Origin: Auanema rhodensis | Lineage: Eukaryota; Animalia; Nematoda | Reading direction: 5' to 3' | DNA: 64,000 nt | Assembly: GCA_964057225.1 (NCBI GenBank) | Contig: OZ059898.1 | Span: forward strand, 806,001 to 870,000 | Part shown: positions 50,458 to 60,800 of the stretch, piece by piece | How positions within the stretch are numbered: the stretch's first letter is position 1 | How the letters are laid out: each line of letters starts with the position of its first letter | Program-made: the position numbers and the translations under genes | Notes under the pieces: model-generated | Database searches by the model: none | Told to the model about the DNA's origin: nothing | The model's input: the letters and a program-made list of their open reading frames with translations, nothing else

Positions 50458-50818
50458 TATATTTCGTTTTTAATTCATTTAAATTGTTTGTCAATTGTTT
50501 TATTTTTGATAGTAAATCGTTTTCTTTATATTGAACTGTTTGTTTTGCTCTTGGGGATATTATTAAATTAGGTGTACCTTTTTTGATTGGGGTTTGGTAC
50601 ACATATTTTGCATGTTTGCTTTTAAATTGGTTAATTTTGAAGTTGGTAGGAGTGAATCTTTGTGATAACTTTTCGTATTCCGATTCTAAATCTTCTTCTG
50701 AAGAAAATTGAGTTTCCTCTTCATTATCTGAGGGTTCCTCTTCGATTTCGATTAAATCTTTTTGATTTATTGCTTCTAGGAAGTCTTTTTCATTTAATTT
50801 GAAATTTCTGATGCATAA
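50423..50818 (-). pseudogene. Probable 5' part of gag, start lost and frameshifted by one base
   Basis: 131 sense codons plus stop (LCIRNFKLNEKDFLEAINQKDLIEIEEEPSDNEEE...). It is one base out of frame with the gag core and is cut at the rearrangement junction 50820/50821. Confidence 0.7.
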
Positions 50819-50820
50819 TT

Positions 50821-50959
50821 AAAAAATTTTCTCAGATTTAGTGTTAATTTATACCATTGAGGACCTTCGATCCATTGCATATATGTTTCATCGGGTTTTT
50901 CTAAACCTCTCGTAGGTAAATCGGCAGGATTAAACTTTGTATTCACATAAAAAAATTCA
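50821..50959 (-). repeat. Same-orientation copies of two internal pol fragments
   Basis: 50821-50849 = 46088-46116 (integrase) and 50848-50959 = 46955-47066 (end of RNase H). Confidence 0.95.
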
Positions 50960-50968
50960 GAATTAACT

Positions 50969-51158
50969 TTGATTACGCCGGTCCGTTATTAGTAAAAACA
51001 AATAGTAATTATGACAAGAAGGTTTGGATTATGTTAATTACTTGCCTGTGTACACGAGCAGTATATTTGGATTTAGCCAATGATTGCTCCAGTAAAGAAT
51101 TAACACTAAATCTGAGAAAATTTTTTGCTCGAAAACGAGTACCAACAAAAATAATATC
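50969..51158 (+). repeat. Inverted 190-bp copy of the integrase core
   Basis: Reverse complement of 46056-46245. It translates on + as DYAGPLLV...RKRVPTKIIS. Confidence 0.96.
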
Positions 51159-51198
51159 CACGCGGGCGACCCGGGTTCGATTCCCGGCCGATGCACCA
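51158..51198 (+). tRNA. 3' half of tRNA-Gly(GCC) including CCA (fragment, extended PBS, inner copy)
   Basis: CCACGCGGGCGACCCGGGTTCGATTCCCGGCCGATGCACCA: partial anticodon loop, T arm with GGTTCGATTCC, acceptor strand and CCA. The 5' half is absent. Confidence 0.9.
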
Positions 51199-51205
51199 CT
51201 TTTTA

Positions 51206-51401
51206 TATCTCGAAATTAAAACGAAATATAATGAAAATGATTTATTTATAAGAAATATTTTATGAATCACGATATATATTATTAAATATGCGACTACGCG
51301 CTATGAGCCAACTATGTGAACTGAAAGATAACTTTATAGTCCTCGTTACGTCAATTTCACGCGCTTATGACGTGACGCGTATACAACCGGTTTTCTCAAA
51401 C
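51206..51401 (-). repeat. Partial internal BEL LTR (3' 196 bp)
   Basis: Matches 44126-44321. Confidence 0.95.
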
Positions 51402-51456
51402 ACACTAAATCTGAGAAAATTTTTTGCTCGAAAACGAGTACCAACAAAAATAATAT

Positions 51457-51497
51457 CCACGCGGGCGACCCGGGTTCGATTCCCGGCCGATGCACCA
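51457..51497 (+). tRNA. 3' half of tRNA-Gly(GCC) including CCA (fragment, extended PBS next to the 5' LTR)
   Basis: Same 41-mer. On the element strand it reads TGGTGCATCGGCCGGGAA..., 7 nt after the LTR end. Confidence 0.9.
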
Positions 51498-51504
51498 CTT
51501 TTTA

Positions 51505-51822
51505 TATCTCGAAATTAAAACGAAATATAATGAAAATGATTTATTTATAAGAAATATTTTATGAATCACGATATATATTATTAAATATGCGACTACGCGC
51601 TATGAGCCAACTATGTGAACTGAAAGATAACTTTATAGTCCTCGTTACGTCAATTTCACGCGCTTATGACGTGACGCGTATACAACCGGTTTTCTCAAAC
51701 CAAATGAGAATAAATGATTAATGAATAATTTCTTTTCAGGATGATTTTAATATTTAATGAATTCTCACTTTTTTAATAGTTTCTCCGTTACTTTCATTAA
51801 ATTTCGTATAATATACGAAACA
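51505..51822 (-). repeat. BEL 5' LTR
   Basis: 318 bp, identical by eye to 44126-44443. Confidence 0.97.
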
Positions 51823-54800
51823 CATGGAAACTCAACATACACTAATGCATCATTTTTCAAACGATCATAACTAATTTTTGTATTAAGCGTTTCTCAATGT
51901 AGTATAGTGCATTCGATGCGGATTTTTAAGCTGCTTCGATCTGTGTTATCAGATTTGCGCTAGCTTAAAAATGCACCGAGATATCAACTGATATAAGTTC
52001 ACACTTATATCCTCGATTTTCACCCTGAAGAATTAATTTTTTCGTTGAATAACATTGTCCATCGTCTTTGCCTTGAAAAAAGGAATCTAAAAACATCTAC
52101 TTTTCGCCAAATTATTTTGAAATTTTTCGAAAAAATTTTTGTCAAAATGTTTTTGGAAGCAATGTTGAGTGTACATGGAAACTCAACATACACTAATGCA
52201 TCATTTTTCAAACGATCATAACTAATTTTTGTATTAAGCGTTTCTCAATGTAGTATAGTGCATTCGATGCGGATTTTTAAGCTGCTTCGATCTGTGTTAT
52301 CAGATTTGCGCTAGCTTAAAAATGCACCGAGATATCAACTGATATAAGTTCACACTTATATCCTCGATTTTCACCCTGAAGAATTAATTTTTTCGTTGAA
52401 TAACATTGTCCATCGTCTTTGCCTTGAAAAAAGGAATCTAAAAACATCTACTTTTCGCCAAATTATTTTGAAATTTTTCGAAAAAATTTTTGTCAAAATG
52501 TTTTTGGAAGCAATGTTGAGTGTACATGGAAACTCAACATACACTAATGCATCATTTTTCAAACGATCATAACTAATTTTTGTATTAAGCGTTTCTCAAT
52601 GTAGTATAGTGCATTCGATGCGGATTTTTAAGCTGCGTCGATCTGTGTTATCAGATTTGCGCTAGCTTAAAAATGCACCGAGATATCAACTGATATAAGT
52701 TCACACATATATCCTCGATTTTCACCCTGAAGAATTAATTTTTTCGTTGAATAACATTGTCCATCGTCTTTGCCTTGAAAAAAGGAATCTAAAAACATCT
52801 ACTTTTTGCTAAATTATTTTGAAATTTTTCGAAAAAATTTTTGTCAAAATGTTTTTGGAAGCAATGTTGAGTGTACATGGAAACTCAACATACACTAATG
52901 CATCATTTTTCAAACGATCATAACTAATTTTTGTATTAAGCGTTTCTCAATGTAGTATAGTGCATTCGATGCGGATTTTTAAGCTGCGTCGATCTGTGTT
53001 ATCAGATTTGCGCTAGCTTAAAAATGCACCGAGATATCAACTGATATAAGTTCACACTTATATCCTCGATTTTCACCCTGAAGAATTAATTTTTTCGTTG
53101 AATAACATTGTCCATCGTCTTTGCCTTGAAAAAAGGAATCTAAAAACATCTACTTTTCGCCAAATTATTTTGAAATTTTTCGAAAAAATTTTTGTCAAAA
53201 TGTTTTTGGAAGCAATGTTGAGTGTACATGGAAACTCAACATACACTAATGCATCATTTTTCAAACGATCATAACTAATTTTTGTATTAAGCGTTTCTCA
53301 ATGTAGTATAGTGCATTCGATGCGGATTTTTAAGCTGCGTCGATCTGTGTTATCAGATTTGCGCTAGCTTAAAAATGCACCGAGATATCAACTGATATAA
53401 GTTCACACATATATCCTCGATTTTCACCCTGAAGAATTAATTTTTTCGTTGAATAACATTGTCCATCGTCTTTGCCTTGAAAAAAGGAATCTAAAAACAT
53501 CTACTTTTTGCTAAATTATTTTGAAATTTTTCGAAAAAATTTTTGTCAAAATGTTTTTGGAAGCAATGTTGAGTGTACATGGAAACTCAACATACACTAA
53601 TGCATCATTTTTCAAACGATCATAACTAATTTTTGTATTAAGCGTTTCTCAATGTAGTATAGTGCATTCGATGCGGATTTTTAAGCTGCGTCGATCTGTG
53701 TTATCAGATTTGCGCTAGCTTAAAAATGCACCGAGATATCAACTGATATAAGTTCACACTTATATCCTCGATTTTCACCCAGAAGAATTAATTTTTTCGT
53801 TGAATAACATTGTCCATCGTCTTTGCCTTGAAAAAAGGAATCTAAAAACATCTACTTTTTGCTAAATTATTTTGAAATTTTTCGAAAAAATTTTTGTCAA
53901 AATGTTTTTGGAAGCAATGTTGAGTGTACATGGAAACTCAACATACACTAATGCATCATTTTTCAAACGATCATAACTAATTTTTGTATTAAGCGTTTCT
54001 CAATGTAGTATAGTGCATTCGATGCGGATTTTTAAGCTGCGTCGATCTGTGTTATCAGATTTGCGCTAGCTTAAAAATGCACCGAGATATCAACTGATAT
54101 AAGTTCACACTTATATCCTCGATTTTCACCCTGAAGAATTAATTTTTTCGTTGAATAACATTGTCCATCGTCTTTGCCTTGAAAAATAGAATCTAAAAAC
54201 ATCTACTTTTTGCTAAATTATTTTGAAATTTTTCGAAAAAATTTTTGTCAAAATGTTTTTGGAAGCAATGTTGAGTGTACATGGAAACTCAACATACACT
54301 AATGCATCATTTTTCAAACGATCATAACTAATTTTTGTATTAAGCGTTTCTCAATGTAGTATAGTGCATTCGATGCGGATTTTTAAGCTGCGTCGATCTG
54401 TGTTATCAGATTTGCGCTAGCTTAAAAATGCACCGAGATATCAACTGATATAAGTTCACACTTATATCCTCGATTTTCACCCTGAAGAATTAATTTTTTC
54501 GTTGAATAACATTGTCCATCGTCTTTGCCTTGAAAAAAGGAATCTAAAAACATCTACTTTTCGCCAAATTATTTTGAAATTTTTCGAAAAAATTTTTGTC
54601 AAAATGTTTTTGGAAGCAATGTTGAGTGTACATGGAAACTCAACATACACTAATGCATCATTTTTCAAACGATCATAACTAATTTTTGTATTAAGCGTTT
54701 CTCAATGTAGTATAGTGCATTCGATGCGGATTTTTAAGCTGCGTCGATCTGTGTTATCAGATTTGCGCTAGCTTAAAAATGCACCGAGATATCAACTGAT

Positions 54801-57800
54801 ATAAGTTCACACATATATCCTCGATTTTCACCCTGAAGAATTAATTTTTTCGTTGAATAACATTGTCCATCGTCTTTGCCTTGAAAAAAGGAATCTAAAA
54901 ACATCTACTTTTTGCTAAATTATTTTGAAATTTTTCGAAAAAATTTTTGTCAAAATGTTTTTGGAAGCAATGTTGAGTGTACATGGAAACTCAACATACA
55001 CTAATGCATCATTTTTCAAACGATCATAACTAATTTTTGTATTAAGCGTTTCTCAATGTAGTATAGTGCATTCGATGCGGATTTTTAAGCTGCGTCGATC
55101 TGTGTTATCAGATTTGCGCTAGCTTAAAAATGCACCGAGATATCAACTGATATAAGTTCACACTTATATCCTCGATTTTCACCCAGAAGAATTAATTTTT
55201 TCGTTGAATAACATTGTCCATCGTCTTTGCCTTGAAAAAAGGAATCTAAAAACATCTACTTTTTGCTAAATTATTTTGAAATTTTTCGAAAAAATTTTTG
55301 TCAAAATGTTTTTGGAAGCAATGTTGAGTGTACATGGAAACTCAACATACACTAATGCATCATTTTTCAAACGATCATAACTAATTTTTGTATTAAGCGT
55401 TTCTCAATGTAGTATAGTGCATTCGATGCGGATTTTTAAGCTGCGTCGATCTGTGTTATCAGATTTGCGCTAGCTTAAAAATGCACCGAGATATCAACTG
55501 ATATAAGTTCACACTTATATCCTCGATTTTCACCCTGAAGAATTAATTTTTTCGTTGAATAACATTGTCCATCGTCTTTGCCTTGAAAAATAGAATCTAA
55601 AAACATCTACTTTTTGCTAAATTATTTTGAAATTTTTCGAAAAAATTTTTGTCAAAATGTTTTTGGAAGCAATGTTGAGTGTACATGGAAACTCAACATA
55701 CACTAATGCATCATTTTTCAAACGATCATAACTAATTTTTGTATTAAGCGTTTCTCAATGTAGTATAGTGCATTCGATGCGGATTTTTAAGCTGCGTCGA
55801 TCTGTGTTATCAGATTTGCGCTAGCTTAAAAATGCACCGAGATATCAACTGATATAAGTTCACACTTATATCCTCGATTTTCACCCTGAAGAATTAATTT
55901 TTTCGTTGAATAACATTGTCCATCGTCTTTGCCTTGAAAAAAGGAATCTAAAAACATCTACTTTTCGCCAAATTATTTTGAAATTTTTCGAAAAAATTTT
56001 TGTCAAAATGTTTTTGGAAGCAATGTTGAGTGTACATGGAAACTCAACATACACTAATGCATCATTTTTCAAACGATCATAACTAATTTTTGTATTAAGC
56101 GTTTCTCAATGTAGTATAGTGCATTCGATGCGGATTTTTAAGCTGCGTCGATCTGTGTTATCAGATTTGCGCTAGCTTAAAAATGCACCGAGATATCAAC
56201 TGATATAAGTTCACACATATATCCTCGATTTTCACCCTGAAGAATTAATTTTTTCGTTGAATAACATTGTCCATCGTCTTTGCCTTGAAAAAAGGAATCT
56301 AAAAACATCTACTTTTTGCTAAATTATTTTGAAATTTTTCGAAAAAATTTTTGTCAAAATGTTTTTGGAAGCAATGTTGAGTGTACATGGAAACTCAACA
56401 TACACTAATGCATCATTTTTCAAACGATCATAACTAATTTTTGTATTAAGCGTTTCTCAATGTAGTATAGTGCATTCGATGCGGATTTTTAAGCTGCGTC
56501 GATCTGTGTTATCAGATTTGCGCTAGCTTAAAAATGCACCGAGATATCAACTGATATAAGTTCACACTTATATCCTCGATTTTCACCCTGAAGAATTAAT
56601 TTTTTCGTTGAATAACATTGTCCATCGTCTTTGCCTTGAAAAAAGGAATCTAAAAACATCTACTTTTTGCTAAATTATTTTGAAATTTTTCGAAAAAATT
56701 TTTGTCAAAATGTTTTTGGAAGCAATGTTGAGTGTACATGGAAACTCAACATACACTAATGCATCATTTTTCAAACGATCATAACTAATTTTTGTATTAA
56801 GCGTTTCTCAATGTAGTATAGTGCATTCGATGCGGATTTTTAAGCTGCGTCGATCTGTGTTATCAGATTTGCGCTAGCTTAAAAATGCACCGAGATATCA
56901 ACTGATATAAGTTCACACTTATATCCTCGATTTTCACCCTGAAGAATTAATTTTTTCGTTGAATAACATTGTCCATCGTCTTTGCCTTGAAAAAAGGAAT
57001 CTAAAAACATCTACTTTTCGCCAAATTATTTTGAAATTTTTCGAAAAAATTTTTGTCAAAATGTTTTTGGAAGCAATGTTGAGTGTACATGGAAACTCAA
57101 CATACACTAATGCATCATTTTTCAAACGATCATAACTAATTTTTGTATTAAGCGTTTCTCAATGTAGTATAGTGCATTCGATGCGGATTTTTAAGCTGCG
57201 TCGATCTGTGTTATCAGATTTGCGCTAGCTTAAAAATGCACCGAGATATCAACTGATATAAGTTCACACATATATCCTCGATTTTCACCCTGAAGAATTA
57301 ACTTTTTCGTTGAATAACATTGTCCATCGTCTTTGCCTTGAAAAAAGGAATCTAAAAACATCTACTTTTTGCTAAATTATTTTGAAATTTTTCGAAAAAA
57401 TTTTTGTCAAAATGTTTTTGGAAGCAATGTTGAGTGTACATGGAAACTCAACATACACTAATGCATCATTTTTCAAACGATCATAACTAATTTTTGTATT
57501 AAGCGTTTCTCAATGTAGTATAGTGCATTCGATGCGGATTTTTAAGCTGCGTCGATCTGTGTTATCAGATTTGCGCTAGCTTAAAAATGCACCGAGATAT
57601 CAACTGATATAAGTTCACACTTATATCCTCGATTTTCACCCTGAAGAATTAATTTTTTCGTTGAATAACATTGTCCATCGTCTTTGCCTTGAAAAAAGGA
57701 ATCTAAAAACATCTACTTTTTGCTAAATTATTTTGAAATTTTTCGAAAAAATTTTTGTCAAAATGTTTTTGGAAGCAATGTTGAGTGTACATGGAAACTC

Positions 57801-60800
57801 AACATACACTAATGCATCATTTTTCAAACGATCATAACTAATTTTTGTATTAAGCGTTTCTCAATGTAGTATAGTGCATTCGATGCGGATTTTTAAGCTG
57901 CGTCGATCTGTGTTATCAGATTTGCGCTAGCTTAAAAATGCACCGAGATATCAACTGATATAAGTTCACACTTATATCCTCGATTTTCACCCTGAAGAAT
58001 TAATTTTTTCGTTGAATAACATTGTCCATCGTCTTTGCCTTGAAAAAAGGAATCTAAAAACATCTACTTTTTGCTAAATTATTTTGAAATTTTTCGAAAA
58101 AATTTTTGTCAAAATGTTTTTGGAAGCAATGTTGAGTGTACATGGAAACTCAACATACACTAATGCATCATTTTTCAAACGATCATAACTAATTTTTGTA
58201 TTAAGCGTTTCTCAATGTAGTATAGTGCATTCGATGCGGATTTTTAAGCTGCGTCGATCTGTGTTATCAGATTTGCGCTAGCTTAAAAATGCACCGAGAT
58301 ATCAACTGATATAAGTTCACACTTATATCCTCGATTTTCACCCTGAAGAATTAATTTTTTCGTTGAATAACATTGTCCATCGTCTTTGCCTTGAAAAAAG
58401 GAATCTAAAAACATCTACTTTTTGCTAAATTATTTTGAAATTTTTCGAAAAAATTTTTGTCAAAATGTTTTTGGAAGCAATGTTGAGTGTACATGGAAAC
58501 TCAACATACACTAATGCATCATTTTTCAAACGATCATAACTAATTTTTGTATTAAGCGTTTCTCAATGTAGTATAGTGCATTCGATGCGGATTTTTAAGC
58601 TGCGTCGATCTGTGTTATCAGATTTGCGCTAGCTTAAAAATGCACCGAGATATCAACTGATATAAGTTCACACTTATATCCTCGATTTTCACCCTGAAGA
58701 ATTAATTTTTTCGTTGAATAACATTGTCCATCGTCTTTGCCTTGAAAAAAGGAATCTAAAAACATCTACTTTTTGCTAAATTATCTTGAAATTTTTCGAA
58801 AAAATTTTTGTCAAAATGTTTTTGGAAGCAATGTTGAGTGTACATGGAAACTCAACATACACTAATGCATCATTTTTCAAACGATCATAACTAATTTTTG
58901 TATTAAGCGTTTCTCAATGTAGTATAGTGCATTCGATGCGGATTTTTAAGCTGCGTCGATCTGTGTTATCAGATTTGCGCTAGCTTAAAAATGCACCGAG
59001 ATATCAACTGATATAAGTTCACACATATATCCTCGATTTTCACCCTGAAGAATTAATTTTTTCGTTGAATAACATTGTCCATCGTCTTTGCCTTGAAAAA
59101 AGGAATCTAAAAACATCTACTTTTTGCTAAATTATTTTGAAATTTTTCGAAAAAATTTTTGTCAAAATGTTTTTGGAAGCAATGTTGAGTGTACATGGAA
59201 ACTCAACATACACTAATGCATCATTTTTCAAACGATCATAACTAATTTTTGTATTAAGCGTTTCTCAATGTAGTATAGTGCATTCGATGCGGATTTTTAA
59301 GCTGCGTCGATCTGTGTTATCAGATTTGCGCTAGCTTAAAAATGCACCGAGATATCAACTGATATAAGTTCACACTTATATCCTCGATTTTCACCCTGAA
59401 GAATTAATTTTTTCGTTGAATAACATTGTCCATCGTCTTTGCCTTGAAAAAAGGAATCTAAAAACGTCTACTTTTTGCTAAATTATTTTGAAATTTTTCG
59501 AAAAAATTTTTGTCAAAATGTTTTTGGAAGCAATGTTGAGTGTACATGGAAACTCAACATACACTAATGCATCATTTTTCAAACGATCATAACTAATTTT
59601 TGTATTAAGCGTTTCTCAATGTAGTATAGTGCATTCGATGCGGATTTTTAAGCTGCGTCGATCTGTGTTATCAGATTTGCGCTAGCTTAAAAATGCACCG
59701 AGATATCAACTGATATAAGTTCACACTTATATCCTCGATTTTCACCCTGAAGAATTAATTTTTTCGTTGAATAACATTGTCCATCGTCTTTGCCTTGAAA
59801 AAAGGAATCTAAAAACATCTACTTTTTGCTAAATTATTTTGAAATTTTTCGAAAAAATTTTTGTCAAAATGTTTTTGGAAGCAATGTTGAGTGTACATGG
59901 AAACTCAACATACACTAATGCATCATTTTTCAAACGATCATAACTAATTTTTGTATTAAGCGTTTCTCAATGTAGTATAGTGCATTCGATGCGAATTTTT
60001 AAGCTGCGTCGATCTGTGTTATCAGATTTGCGCTAGCTTAAAAATGCACCGAGATATCAACTGATATAAGTTCACACTTATATCCTCGATTTTCACCCTG
60101 AAGAATTAATTTTTTCGTTGAATAACATTGTCCATCGTCTTTGCCTTGAAAAAAGGAATCTAAAAACATCTACTTTTCGCCAAATTATTTTGAAATTTTT
60201 CGAAAAAATTTTTGTCAAAATGTTTTTGGAAGCAATGTTGAGTGTACATGGAAACTCAACATACACTAATGCATCATTTTTCAAACGATCATAACTAATT
60301 TTTGTATTAAGCGTTTCTCAATGTAGTATAGTGCATTCGATGCGGATTTTTAAGCTGCGTCGATCTGTGTTATCAGATTTGCGCTAGCTTAAAAATGCAC
60401 CGAGATATCAACTGATATAAGTTCACACATATATCCTCGATTTTCACCCTGAAGAATTAATTTTTTCGTTGAATAACATTGTCCATCGTCTTTGCCTTGA
60501 AAAAAGGAATCTAAAGACATCTACTTTTTGCTAAATTATTTTGAAATTTTTCGAAAAAATTTTTGTCAAAATGTTTTTGGAAGCAATGTTGAGTGTACAT
60601 GGAAACTCAACATACACTAATGCATCATTTTTCAAACGATCATAACTAATTTTTGTATTAAGCGTTTCTCAATGTAGTATAGTGCATTCGATGCGGATTT
60701 TTAAGCTGCGTCGATCTGTGTTATCAGATTTGCGCTAGCTTAAAAATGCACCGAGATATCAACTGATATAAGTTCACACTTATATCCTCGATTTTCACCC

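Larger units (their letters stand above)
51103..51700. repeat. 299-bp tandem duplication (integrase fragment + tRNA half + 196 bp of LTR)
   Basis: 51103-51401 matches 51402-51700. Confidence 0.95.
44126..51822 (-). mobile_element. BEL/Pao LTR retrotransposon with rearranged 5' region (7697 bp)
   Basis: 318-bp direct LTRs, CATGG TSD (44121-44125 and 51823-51827), triple-knuckle gag, and Pao-type RT (DIEKAF, RIPFG, YVDN), RNase H (FTDAS, NPAD) and integrase (DYAGP, SDNG, GGFYER). Confidence 0.97.

Noticed and set aside
51158-51198. Functional tRNA-Gly gene, or tRNA used as an integration site
   Set aside because: The 5' half, D arm and A-box are absent, CCA is encoded, and the fragment sits exactly at the PBS position.
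51206-51401. Partial LTR as an R-U5 strong-stop product
   Set aside because: It includes the putative upstream motifs and TATA box, so its boundary probably does not mark the transcription start.
51031-51518. 62-aa and 76-aa + strand ORFs with integrase-like sequence
   Set aside because: Chimeric by-products of the inverted integrase fragment read into the tRNA and LTR sequence.
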